A stretch of DNA of 62,265 nt, the filler included, from Choristocarpus tenellus KU-1152 (lineage: Eukaryota; Protista; Phaeophyceae), in NCBI GenBank assembly GCA_964200185.2. It is 10 parts of 10 records of this genome, joined end to end, with 100 filler letters (N's around TTAATTAATTAA, not from the genome) between each part and the next. Parts side by side here need not be neighbours in the genome. Positions count along the whole stretch, not along the records: positions 49,759 to 55,673 come from CAXNAD020009427.1; positions 55,774 to 62,265 come from CAXNAD020008009.1; 8 more parts are not named here. One strand, 5' to 3'. The notes beneath the pieces were generated by a model, which did no database searches, was not told where the DNA came from, and saw only the letters and a program-made list of their open reading frames with translations. Position 1 is the first letter of the stretch; the number at the start of each line of letters is the position of its first letter. Made by a program: the position numbers and the translations under genes. Shown piece after piece: positions 50,001 to 62,265 of this stretch.

Positions 50001-50749
50001 TTGTTTGAGGAGAGAGAGCGATGGAGAAGAAGCAAGAAAGGAGGAGAAAGAAAGATAGATGCGTTTATTTGATGATTACCACCCACCATGGTACTTCAGG
50101 CAGATATGCTCTGTTGTTGTGTGCTGCATTCTCTCCTGATGCACCCTCTCAATGATAAGGAAAAAGAGAGCACTTCTTTGGTGGCAATAAAAGCTTCGAA
50201 ATAGTTTCTCCACCCCAGAAGTATGACGACTATAATATAATAATAATGGGCTCTCTGTGATGCCCAACCTGTCTGCAGACAAACGGAGTGTTGAATCATC
50301 AATAATAATTTCAATGCTTTAGATTTAATACTGGGTTTGTATATCAAAATAATATATATTTTGCACCTCTTTGTCGTTTGGTAGATACATACATGTCCTG
50401 GGGAGGATAGATTTGTATCACGTCATTCTTCTATGATCTCTGATACTCAGCAGATGGTTGTCAAGCGGGATATCTATGAAAAAAATTGTATCAAATTGGC
50501 CCCGCCCTGGATGACCTGACCAACTCATAGCACAGACGATGTGTGCATATATATGATGGATCAGGTACAAGAAGTATTATAGGGTATCAAGTTTAACCCA
50601 AAATTAGTCAGACCAACGATTTTGAGACCAAATCAGGCAACACTATATCCCAACACCACACCCGAAGTTTTTTTGCTTTGACACACTTTGCATCTTGGGA
50701 CTAGTTGGTAGTTGAATTTACCCACCAGTTCGCTTCATAGTTTCCTTTG

Positions 50750-51540
50750 CTTGGATGATTGCTTCAGAACCACCAACCTCAAAATGCCAGAATGAGAATG
50801 GGCGAGGGCGTTTGGAAGAAGAGGAGGGCAAGCAGTATACTATGCAGTTTTGGTGGACTCATTCCTGTAAATGCCAACCCAAGCTGACTGACGGCCTAGC
50901 TATATGCGTGTTCAACCTTGGTGCCCAAACCTCCATTTTCCGTGCCATCCAGTCCCTGCCCAACCAACCCAAGGATAATCTTGATGCACTGGTCGATGCC
51001 ACTGCATTATTAGCAGATGCATCTCGATCAGGCCTTGAATTCAGGGATCGTTCATAACACAGCGTTACGATTTCAACTCTTGCAGCGGAAAATCTATTGT
51101 CGTTACTGGTGACAGAGGAGAGTTTTTCCGACATTGAGCCACTACAGAAATCGCCCCAAGAACAACAAGCAGAACTCAACCTTTGAGGAGTAGGAAACGA
51201 ACCACCCCACCACCTTCAACCTGCGAAACTACACTTACGTTGGGGAAAGCTGAGAAGACGTACTTCCACGACGATTCCCCAAATCTTTTTTGTGAGTTTC
51301 CTGGCTGTAGTGCTAAATCGTGTAAGGGACACAGCACCAATTCTTGTTTTTCAATCCGGATGGTTAGAACTACAAACTGTCCTCGCACCGTCGCCCATCT
51401 CACAACTAAACCCCAAAATGAGATGATACAACAAATTGTCCTTACTGCCTCTTTGTCAGCACAGTACTCAGAGGAGTCTACACCGCAAGATCATGCTACC
51501 TTTCGGTGTTGGTTACTCAGACTCGCAACTCTCCTCCAGG
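50750..51540 (+). pseudogene. LTR retrotransposon (Copia-like) gag-protease relic
   Basis: Zn-knuckle-like CEFPGCSAKSCKGHSTNSC, followed by TGGTTACTC-A-GACTCG (WLL/DS with a 1-nt insertion, cf. the protease WxxDS motif). Contains stops. Confidence 0.4.
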
Positions 51541-52589
51541 ACCACGAATCAGTTGCCAGATGGGGGGGCTATACTGTGGGGTGGCTGTCCCTGGGTTGAA
51601 CCCCCACTGTCCCCTCTTGCTCAAGCGAGTCTTCTAGGACGCCATCAACCAAACTAGTTGACGGATATCGATACTTCCCCCGCATGACAGGTCTGGAATA
51701 TTCACTGACTCATTTGGGTCTGTGGTCTTCCCTTGATCGTTCTGGTTCTTCTCTCTCTCTCTTCCTTTTCTTTCCTGACTTCTTTACTTGGTATATCCAT
51801 CACTTTTACTGTCGGCGTGAGTACCATTGTCGCGACGCAAAGTCCATTCAGTCGAGTGGGGTGTTCAGATTCACCGGTTGTGTCAAGGTGGGGGTGCTTC
51901 CAGCAAACGCAAAGCTCTCTCAGCCATCAAATCTTAGGAGAAGTTTGAATTGAATCTTGGATCCGATGGGTGACGTCACATCCTTGTGACCACTAACGGC
52001 AAGCGGTCTTGGCCTTCTTAGGAATTGTGTTTAATGTTGATGGGAACATTACCAATGAAAAAGAAATGCGAGCGCAAAAATGGATTGGACTGAAATCACC
52101 TCCCAACAACGGAACCTTTTCGTCACATAAACTCTCTGAAAAAAAGTCAAGTAGATTTTCGAGAAATGAAGTCGTATTGTAGACATAGGTGTCAACAGGT
52201 CATAGCAAATGGTGTTCGCCTGTCAGATTGTATAAACTACTGACATATGGCGGGGCATGCCTAGAAGCTCATGGGTTACCTGATTTTGACTAAGTCCTAG
52301 GTCGTGGTGTGCATTGTGTAATGTTCCTTTAGTGAGATCTTCAACTTCGATAAAATTGTACAACTCGAGCGTAAGTATTGGTATTGCTGGTTTGTATTGT
52401 AGGCAACTGTCTTTGTTCGTAGCGCAACATGGTAGTGTCCTGGCTGAGGGTAACACTATGTTTCATCGTACTTATTAACTGTACCCACTGCATTTAACAC
52501 TAAAACATACAAACTGTACCATACTAACTGTCGGTAGTTCTACACTGTACCATACTGGTTTGGGGTAAGACTATACTATACTTGTTTTA

Positions 52590-53640
52590 TATTGATTTCC
52601 CCCCCAACACATCTACAAAATGTCAGGGGGCATAATAAAAAAAGGCTATACTGTATTGCCTGCAGGTAATGCTATCATAAGCAAAGTGTACCGTGCTAAC
52701 TGTAGGTAGTTCTACACTGTACCTCTCCGTTTTGACCCCCTGTAGGTTTGAGCTGTAAAGATTGGTTGCAATAACATGTCCAACAGGGTCTACCCTTCAC
52801 CAGGAACGTGGTGATGACAACACTCAGATGATTTCGTCCTGCGAGATACCGTAGTACAATATCCCCCTGACACATCAGCAAAATGTCAGAGGGCATAATA
52901 ATAAAATATTGATAAATGGTGAAGTAACTGATAGATTAGTGGTTTTCACACTACTTGCAGTGTTTTATAGTGTTTTCACATTTATTTAGATATTATATTT
53001 CTTCAGGGCTTATACCGACATATGTATAGTTTCCATTGCCTCCCTAGTCCCCCCCCCCGGGGTGCAGGAGAAGGTAGATAGGAAGCACAGGAAGATGGTA
53101 GTACAATATTGATAATGGTGAAGTAAATGATAGATTAGTGGTGGTTTTCACACTTACAGTGTTTTACAGTGTTTTAACATTTATGATATTTTATTTCTTT
53201 AGCGCTAATAACGACATATATATGTATAGTTTTCATTGGTTTTCCCTCTGACACATCTGCAAAATGTCAGAGGACATAATAATAAAATAGTGTGAACAGT
53301 GGAATCTAATAAACTCCTCCATACCCATCTTCCTGGTGATTTCAGCTTAAAACGCATGGCACGTCTAGACAGTGCCAACTACGTTGTTACCAAGATAATT
53401 TGACGTAGTAGGCGTAATTTGACCGCCCCTTTCCTGCCATAGCCTCCAGCTCCTCTCCCCCCTACCGCGTGTGTAGCTAGCTCATCCAGGAAACATTCTG
53501 CTTGCTTGCCGAGGCGCCCAAAGCTTTCCACCGCGAAGGTGTTGAGGTTATAACTTCGAGGGTCAAAAGAGCCCTCGTAGTGGGTGCGCTTTCGTGGCTC
53601 AGCTGCAGCAGCAGCTACACCATTGCTGGTGGATGACTAC
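52590..53640. mobile_element. Cluster of CRE-like non-LTR 3' pieces in both orientations
   Basis: Terminal hairpin plus TAA tail at 52590-52640, 52857-52905 and 53235-53286 (+). 3' UTR at 52905-53037 and 53040-53235 (+). ORF end at 53303-53640 (-): GVAAAAAEPRKRTHYEGSFDPRSYNLNTFAVESFGRLGKQAECFLDELA, matching the E..K..HY...VExFGRxGxxA restriction-like endonuclease pattern. Confidence 0.75.
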
Positions 53641-55673
53641 TTTTAGTAGTGAAAACGTTATAAGTAGATGATATTCCTAAACAATAGGACCAATTTCAAT
53701 GCCCTCCTCCTGACTTGTTATTATCTTTCTTCTTCTGATACATAATGATGAGCAGTGCCTATTCCGACCCACATGGATATAGTGTAAGGCTTTTAAAAAA
53801 TAATTGGTATGTCAGAGATAATAGGTCGCCTTTTGGGATCTCCCGACACTGATGCAGATAATAATTATGTTCATACACACATTTGCGCGCGTCACTTTTT
53901 GGCATTGAGACCAGGTCAAGTATTGTGGTGTGGGTCAGACGCACGAACGGCTCGCGGTAACTCCCACATGAACGATGAATTCAAACCTGCAAAAAAGGTG
54001 TTTCTGTTCTGACTGGTCACAACCAATCACATTAAAGATTGATCCACATGGAACTCTGAGGCTGTCAACATACGACCAGCATGCCTCAGTCTCATTTCTC
54101 ACTTCCTTTCTGAACCTCATCTCTGGTGGTTCTCATCACCCTCCACCGCACAGAACCAGACCCCTTAACAGGTATAATTTACAACCTGTAAGGTCTTCAT
54201 GAGTCAAGAGGCTGACAGGCTATCTATAGGGATGATACAATGTACAAACGGACTGGAAATCTGGACCCTGTAAGATCCCAACGGACCGTCTGACTCTTTG
54301 AGAGTCGCGACCCATTTTCCAAATGTCGTTTGTTGTTGTTGAGGATGCCCTCCATCACAACATATATCAACTACCCTTGAAAATTATTTCGAGGATCATC
54401 GTATCTGAAGAGTTCGTTGTTAAGTGTGTTGGACTGGGTTGGCCTGCTGATGATGTTGTGTAAGGAGGTGGAGCCCTCACGCCAAACCAATGCGAACATA
54501 CCGTACAACTGGGAGAAATGGGGCACAAAGGTGATTGTAACCAAACAACTTTCAACTTCAACTTTCAGCATGTAACGGCAACGAAAACAAAACACAAAGA
54601 AAGGTGGAGGAAGGTATCTTTTAGAAAACAAAAAAGAGATATCTTCAGTCATCAAAGTTAACCATTTTTTTGCGCAGGAGGAGAAGTTCATTCTGTAACA
54701 CAGATAAAGGAGATCTGATGTGACCAGGGAACACCAAGCAAAGCAAAGTAAGGTAAGGTGAGGACTGGGAATGGCAAGGGTGGGTTGGGTTCCAGGGCGT
54801 GCATGTGGGGGCATGAGGTTGGGCATGGGTGTTCAAATGGGATGTTGTTGAATCCGTTTTGTAGGTTTTCTCTTTGAGCTCTCCGTCGACGTGTTGGCAC
54901 TCAGATCGCGAAATCGACTCTTTGTCTATTCTCGGATGAGCACACGGCTCGTGGGTTAGCTAAATTCCATAATTTCAGAATGGAGTAGAGGTTGCCATGG
55001 ATGTATGCCAACGTGAGTAAGGTGGTGCAAAGTTGGACTCTTCTTCCGTCCGTCGAAAGGCACACCAAGAGCCAAATGCCCTATGTTCTAATAGCTAAGT
55101 GAACAATGTCATTAGAACCCCCCATCCTTCACCTTTTATCAGTTTAGCCCACTGTCGGTCCCGAGGTTGGAGAAGATTTTGTAAGGGGCTAACGTCGGTT
55201 GTTCACAGCGAAAGTGACCACTCAGGTGTGACGAGCTTGGTTCTTCAGTTGTTGGGCTTCCCTACGCACCTTTTCTCCTTCCGTCTAAAGAGTCTCTCAC
55301 TCACGTTCGCCTTCGGGTAAACCTCGCTTATCATTTGGCAAGGCCTTCCAATCCTTTTTTTGGCCTGTATGGAGCATTGTCAAATTCCCGCCAAGGAACC
55401 GTGTCCAACGTTCAGCCTACGCCCGCCCCTCTTGCACGTTCTTTCAACCTAGAATGGACATGCCGCCCTTGTCTCGGCAAGAAGTTGAGAGGTTGAGGGA
55501 ACGGAAGAGGCTTCAGAGGGGGAAAGCTGCAGCCAAGGCCCTCCGTGAGAGAAGGAGAAGGAGCTGGAGGAGGAGGAGGTGTGTGAATTATGTCTTCTTT
55601 TTTTTATGTGGGAAAAAACGCAACACTTCCCCTCAACCCATGCCCTACCCTTTCTCACTCACGGGGGCGATTG

Positions 55674-55773
55674 NNNNNNNNNNNNNNNNNNNNNNNNNNN
55701 NNNNNNNNNNNNNNNNNTTAATTAATTAANNNNNNNNNNNNNNNNNNNNNNNNNNNNNNNNNNNNNNNNNNNN
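55674..55773. other. Artificial contig linker
   Basis: 44N-TTAATTAATTAA-44N. Confidence 0.97.
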
Positions 55774-56940
55774 CTCCCCCCCCCCAGATACTTTGGGTCA
55801 ACAAGCAAGGTAATAACAAAGGCAGTACAATTTGTTGGGGTGCAACAGTTCACCGAGGTCAGAGCAAGCAGTAGAAGTAGTACGAGAATTAGTGTTGTGC
55901 GTAGTGCTTCTATTACAGGGTAAATCCCCCAGTCTGAATTGAGAAATATATAACCTTTGAACAGTTTCACCATGACAGGCAACAAGTACGAGGTAGATTC
56001 CATACAAAAACGCTACTATGCCAGAAAATGGAAGGAATCCATTCATACACCCTCTCAATGATATAAAATTGCAATTTGATGCACCTTATTTGAAAAAAAT
56101 ACCTACTTGATTACAGCTTTGTTTTCAAGTCCTACTTTCTTATCCTCTCTTTTCATCTCATTGATTACTCCACAAAGTTGAGTCGGTAGGAACCGATGAG
56201 ACACCAGGATCTAGAGCTAGCTGGACACAATTACTCCCTCACCCGTGCATCCTAATCCTTTTCAGATTAAATTGATTTAATTGTAAAAAGCTCTGTGCGT
56301 GTGATATAGCAAATACCATCCAGAAATCAGAACAATAGTGATGATCTGTACACTCGGTCAGATGGTACCCCCCCATAGGACAAATCAGAGTGGGGGTCGG
56401 TCACCAAAGGGCTTCTCTTTCAAGTGAGGAGTAGGCCCTGCTGTACATCTGTCAATCTCAGCAACCTGACATGCACAGCTACTTAGTGTGGGTTGAAACG
56501 GAGAGGTAATTGATGCAGACTGACAGGCAAACATGAGTTGTTATGACGTGACAACTATATGTACCACACGACTTTACCCCTCTATTACTTAACCAACCTT
56601 TTTTTAACGAGAGAGCACATCATCACTGTTTGCTAATAACTACTCAAAACACATACTTTTGATAGTTTTTGAGAGCGTGATAATCTGTCACTCTCTCGAA
56701 AATAGTAGTGGTTCAGAGTGCCTAGTAAAATAGCGCCCAAGACAGACTCTTACGCCTACTCAATAAAAACGTGTTCCAAACTGTGTTAATGACGTCTAAT
56801 TGAGGGGGGTGTAGGTTAGTACTTCGAACTATAAATTGTTTGGTTCATCATCAATATAATCCTGGAAGGATAGTAACTGGGTCTGGTAAATATATTGAAA
56901 TTGAACGGTATAATCAATATACATATTTGTCCAACATATT

Positions 56941-56989
56941 TATTATTATGCCCTCTGACATTTTGCAGATGTGTTAGGGGGGAAACCAA
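56941..56989 (-). mobile_element. 49-bp 5'-truncated retroposed insertion with 13-bp TSD
   Basis: Minus strand TTGGTTTCCCCCCTAACACATCTGCAAAATGTCAGAGGGCATAATAATA, flanked by TGTCCAACATATT at 56928-56940 and 56990-57002. Confidence 0.8.
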
Positions 56990-59017
56990 TGTCCAACATA
57001 TTGTCCATGTCCAATTGCTTTTAAAAAAATGAGATCTTTGATAGAAAAAATACCTATTTTACTATAGCATGTTAAAACACTTTTGTGAAATGCATTCTTT
57101 GCCCAGTTTACTTAGATTTTATAGATATATTTTAGAATGCGATTTTTTAGACCATTTTGAGTATTGAGGGCTATTGAAATATTCCGGTTGACACTCCTTT
57201 CCCAGTGCCTGAAATGCAGCTAACTCCCCTTAAAAGCCGTTGCTATAGAAGATGAGATGTGTGTTCGTCCACAAAAGCACAAAATCACCCTTGAGAGTGC
57301 TAGAAAGCATGTTTACCAGACACTATGGTTCAATGTAGAGTGAGACATCTGCTTGAGAATGGAAGCATTGTATATATATATATATATATTAGGAATCGGT
57401 CTTTGTCGTCTTTCAAATAGTGTGATACTAGAAAATATATAATTTCTTCAAAGTTTAAGATTAGTGCTAACATATTCTTGAAGTTGACTTTGTTCGTCAT
57501 TGGTGGAAACGGGATTTGTCACTGTCGAGGCCCAAAGTTTACTCAATGAGAAAGCAGCAAAATCTACTTCTTACAGGTTAGTATATATAAAATAACATTA
57601 ACAAACTACATTCTCTTATATATACATACGATTCATTACTGGTACCTGGGCATCACCCCTGGTCACTCCTTCTTCACTGTGCATGTATAGATCTTCTTTT
57701 AGTTGAAGCAAGGATTGTATATTGAAGTAATTGTTGTAGTTACCTTAGGGAAACTCTATTTGTCTTGACTCTGATGATCAAGTCATTGTACCTGCACGGT
57801 ATAGTGGTTTTTGGGGCTCCAAACACAAGAGGGTCTTTCTTTTGCGTAGTATTTGCCTCCTTCCATGCCGTTAGCTTATTGTACTTAACCAGCAAGGATG
57901 GCTCCCCTGCATTGCAATAGTTCCATGCTGGGTGAACCAATTATGGGTTATGTATCTCGTGTTTGGAATACTAGACTGTGCACTCTACATATGCGGAACA
58001 TTGTCAACTCAATCAACGATATTACTACTACTTACGATACTACTACTTCAACACGATACACAAGGACAGCTATACCACACCCATCAGCACAACAGCACAA
58101 ATCATCACCTTATCACATCGTAAGTTTCAAACGCTTCATTGAACGTGAGACATGTAAGCAAATGTCCCCAACGAATGATTTCCAAACACAGCTCACACTC
58201 AAGGTACGTACATTACTTCCAAACTCTGTGAGTAGCAGTACCTACTACCATAATGATATCTCGTTTAAAACCACAACAATTATAATACCATTCTGCAATT
58301 TCAATCTACCTCATTCCTCCACTCCACACATATTCTTTCCATAACAGGAAGGGTTAACCCACCCATTTGATATGGTAGTCTGACCCAGGGGTATACTATG
58401 CCAGACGAGGGGTTTGTGTTGTTACCATCTTCGATTGTTTCGTGAGAAACACCAATATAGAAAATACACAGTATACTTCACATCCTCGCGATCTCGATGC
58501 TATGACTTCTTGGTCGTCTTCTTGACTTCATCCCTCTGACTCTGACAGTAGCTTACTTTACCTCAATGCTAACTCCACGATTACACAATACAGTGTTGGC
58601 AGATACTCGGAGGCTTCCTGTCTTATACTTCGAAGTAGTACTACATAAAAATAGTGTCATCCAGAGGGGGCATGGTTCACCCAGGCAAGGGCAGTGAAGA
58701 GAATCACCTGGCAAGATGGACTAGACGGACCAAATGGATCAAGATAACTGTAATCGAGAAGACGAGGTAATGGTTTGACAAGTACAAGTGTGCAAAGGGA
58801 CGATAAGGGAAATTCAAGATTCAGGCAGGGAAGACCTTACAGGATCTCTCAGTGTTTGATCGCACTCTGGATGACCCTCCCCCGTCGAATCACAGTTCTC
58901 CATTGGCGTGTTTATTAGGGTCATTGAAAAGACCAAACAATGCAATAACAGACAACCCTGCTTGCCACATCACCCCCCTTTCTGATGATATCAAAGCCAA
59001 GCAAGTAGGATGATTAG

Positions 59018-59293
59018 AAGTGAAAGTATCTTAGAAGGTACGAGTTTTTACCTGTTTGTTCATTTGGGACTTTACTTCCTACAGGTTTTTAATGACATTT
59101 TACCTACTCCATTTTTTGTATGTGTTATGAGAAGCTGTAATGGGAACAAGGATAATGGCAGTTCCTAACAAACATGATAATCAAAATTACATCAAAATTA
59201 CATCAAAATTACATCAAAATTACATCAAAATTGCAACATTGGATTTTGCCCCCAAATGGACGTGACTCTACCCTCTCTAAGATATTTTGGCTC
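59018..59293 (-). mobile_element. MITE family A with an internal (ATCAAAATTAC)x4 expansion
   Basis: AAGTGAAAGTATCTTAGAAGGTAC...TACCCTCTCTAAGATATTTTGGCTC. Tandem 11-mer at 59180-59232. Confidence 0.88.
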
Positions 59294-59329
59294 TCGAGGT
59301 TAACAAAAGCGTGAGTTCTGAGAGCAATT

Positions 59330-59592
59330 GAATCAAAGTATCTTAGAGGATAGAGCCGCGACCATTTGGAGGTCAAACTCCAATGTTGCGATTTTGATGT
59401 AATTTTGGCTATCGTGTTTTTTTGTTAGGAAGTGTCAATATCCATGTTCCGGACACACCTTTTCATAAGGTATACATTTTACCTACTCCTAAACATTTTG
59501 AAGTAGGAAAATGCCATAAAAAATCGCATGGGAAGCCAAGTCCGAAATGGACAGACAGGGAAAAACTCGTACCCTCTGAGATACTTTAACTC
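59330..59592 (+). mobile_element. MITE family A, full copy
   Basis: GAATCAAAGTATCTTAGAGGATAGAGCCGCG...CGTACCCTCTGAGATACTTTAACTC. Confidence 0.9.
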
Positions 59593-60956
59593 ACCTAATA
59601 TAAGCTATAAGGAGCTGAAGCGGGAAGTCGTCTCATCATCATCACACCTACATTCGGACCAGGACAGGAACGGAAACGAACAGCCCTACAAAGCACAGTA
59701 AGGGATTGACTGTTGGTCAATCATGAGAGTCACCGAAATATCTCATTCCTGATCTTTGTACTACTTACTGTCTCAAAAGGGGTCATCAATGGATAGAAAA
59801 CCACCAGCAGAACGACCGTGAGGGATGGCACTGCCTATGCAATTTCCTCCATCATCTGCAGCTACATCGGCACCCAGTCATGGAGAATGTCAAAAGGGAA
59901 GGGGTAGCAACAGGAATCAAGCACAGTCATTCTTAACCTTTATACCAAGCCCCATCTATAATAATATTACTCCTCCTTTTCAACCGTGCGATCACATTCA
60001 GCAATGAGGAATTATGTGAGGCTCCCATCTCTTCTCTCTTTTTCCATACTGACACAACAGTAGTCTAAACTTGTACATGGACAACCATATCAAACAACTT
60101 ATTATAGAAAGTTTTTCTGCCTGGTAGCAATCTGCCTTTGTGTGAGGACGTCGATTCTCTTGATGCAATTTTATCACTTCAGAGCGAGGAACCTGGTCAT
60201 CATGAAGTGTGTTAATTGACAGCACTGGCATATGATTCAGGAGTGAAGGTGTTGTCAGTACAGTTGAAAAACAACAGACTTGGTAGTTTTTGCACCACTG
60301 ATGATAGTCTACATGCACACATACTCAATGCATGCACAGGGGTGAACGCATTGATGGATGCTTTCTGCACATCTTCCGACAGGATTTGGGGGGTAATTGA
60401 GAGCGGCGTTTTCTGAGGAAGACCCTAAACTTGCAAGGTCACTCACTCAGTTAACACGATTCAACTATGTCACACGAGTAGTAACTATTTCGATGTTCTT
60501 CCTTTTATTCGATCAGACGGAAGGATGAACGGGACGACAGGATGAGTTAAATCAATTTTGGCCATTACATGTTAGATCACTGAGAGTCAGTTAGTAGTCG
60601 AGGTGACAGGTACCCGTGGGAATTTCGTTGGTTCGAACCCCTTCGATGCAAAAATAATTTCCACCGAAACAAGGTTTCGATAATCCAACTCCAAGAAACG
60701 AACAGAACGGATTGTACACCTCCTCCTGCATTATATGGTATATATGTCTTGTCTGTCTCGATACCACAAAAAAAAAGGATGACGGTGGAAACTTCGAGGT
60801 GGGTTTGAGAGAAGATTTGAGGGAGGAGGCAAACCGAGGGCTATCAGGGTTGCTGAACTCATTACACGAAAAGCAATACAGAAACGGTACATGTATATAC
60901 AATATAGCAATAGTTACCGAGTTGTAGTTAGGATCAAAGGAATTAATGGAGTATGT

Positions 60957-62265
60957 AAGGTGGTATCAGTAGCTTCGCCCTCTGTGGCAACCTTGAATTT
61001 GTTCACGGGACATCACAACAGATATACAACGACATATATTATGTGAAATGAAAGGGCATGACAAGAGCTTTCGAAGGGTTGTACTGGATTTTGTTGAAAT
61101 TTCGGGGAACGGGAGCTATGTCTCGATCAAACAATGGAAAAAACGCGGGGGAATATCTCCGGCGCAATTTTGAAGGTCACGACTTCAAAATCAACAAAAA
61201 TGAAATGATTGGCTGAACTCTCCTTGCAGAAAACTGGTCCGTGTAGATACCTGTCCAAGTTTGGCTGGTGTGATGTTCCTGAAAAAAGTTTCAAGATTTC
61301 CGGACATCTATTTAACGCCTTTTGCAGACTTTCTGTGAGCATTCACACACATGACTTACACAACAACATGAACCACGATAGTGAGACAAGGAGAGCCGCC
61401 GAGGCCACTCTGCCCTCTGGATCTACCCTCAGTACCTTCTCTGTCGAGAGAGACCAGAAAAACAAGTATGGTGTGAAACTCAGTGTGATGTTAGGTAACG
61501 AGAAAGTGCGAGTAGTGTGACGCAGCAGCATGATTGAATCACGAAATGGACCACGTGGTCGCGACACTGATGCTGAGAGAAGATGCATTGAAAGCATTAC
61601 CACATAAACGTGGTTGGGTCCTCAACCACGTCGGAGCACTGCTCTGCAGTCTCTGCCGGCCTCGGGAAGGTAGGAAGAGAACAGCGAGTCTATTGCCAGG
61701 GGTGGTGCAGTGATGAAGTCTCTGTGGGGAAGCCTAGCCATGGCAGGCGAAGGGACAACCAGAGTGGCTGGGCGAAGGGAAAGTTGGGGAGGAGAGCAGT
61801 GCAACTACGTGCCATTGCGCTCAGGAAACGCCTAAGCGAAAACCCGGGTGTAGAAGATCTTAGTAGTCGACAGTTGCAGCAGGCCCTGACTGTTTGGAAT
61901 CTGTGCGAGTCGGAGTGGCCTAAGGAAACGAGAAAGAAGGTGTTAGGCTTGGGCTACAAGGGCTTTGAATCCTGAAAGAAGGTAACCCATTTCCGGCGCT
62001 CAACGAGGAAATGTGATATTTAAGGCTCTAACACTGCGGATCCTGTACCTGTGCATGAACAACGGGAAATACTATCAAACAGCGCTCTAGATGGCAGCAG
62101 GATAGGCGATGGTCAGGTCGGAAATTGTGAGTAAATGGGAGAGAGACTTCCTCACTAAGGGCCACATCAAGGTGTCAGAGCAAGGGTGCGATGAGAGGCG
62201 TTTTGTTCTGGGCCTCGACGAGGAGATCCTTGCTGAGGTCAAAGAGTGGGTGCGCGAACACACAG
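60957..62265 (+). mobile_element. Dispersed repeat with decayed transposase-like ORF (copy 2, runs off the window)
   Basis: Matches 37940-39091 in reverse complement and keeps ~150 bp (~61830-61985) that copy 1 lacks. Ends in KWERDFLTKGHIKVSEQG...DEEILAEVKEWVREH. Confidence 0.65.

Noticed and set aside
13884-55773. TTAATTAATTAA motif repeated nine times inside N-runs
   Set aside because: Identical 100-bp 44N-12-44N blocks with six-frame stops are a scaffolding linker, not biology.
4365-59592. CRISPR-like array from recurring AAGTATCTTAGAGGGTA
   Set aside because: Copies are inverted pairs around a conserved interior and are dispersed, not direct repeats with unique spacers. No cas genes, and the context is eukaryotic.

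Overview
Eukaryotic, intron-rich, transposon-dense genomic DNA, probably from a brown alga or related photosynthetic stramenopile (inferred from gene content, not proven). The window is not contiguous: it is 10 contigs joined by nine artificial 100-bp linkers (44N-TTAATTAATTAA-44N), so adjacency across linkers has no biological meaning. Most ORFs in the supplied track are spurious because the real genes are spliced. Two genes were reconstructed by hand with consistent intron phases. The first is an 11-exon, ~387-aa secreted protein (minus strand, 3837-11379) with a signal peptide, a knottin-like Cys module and a Pmp/pectin-lyase-like beta-helix, in which each repeat sits on its own symmetric phase-2 exon. 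The second is a 7+-exon type II membrane sulfotransferase (minus strand, 18445-21994, cut by a contig end). There is also one ABC1 kinase-like exon and a spliced orphan ORF. The rest is mostly mobile DNA: about 20 MITE copies in four families with a shared terminus, 3' ends of an RLE/CRE-like non-LTR element, RTE-like LINE relics, Copia relics and decayed DNA-transposase relics. No tRNA, rRNA or CRISPR array was recognised. All family assignments come from motif recognition by eye, not database searches.
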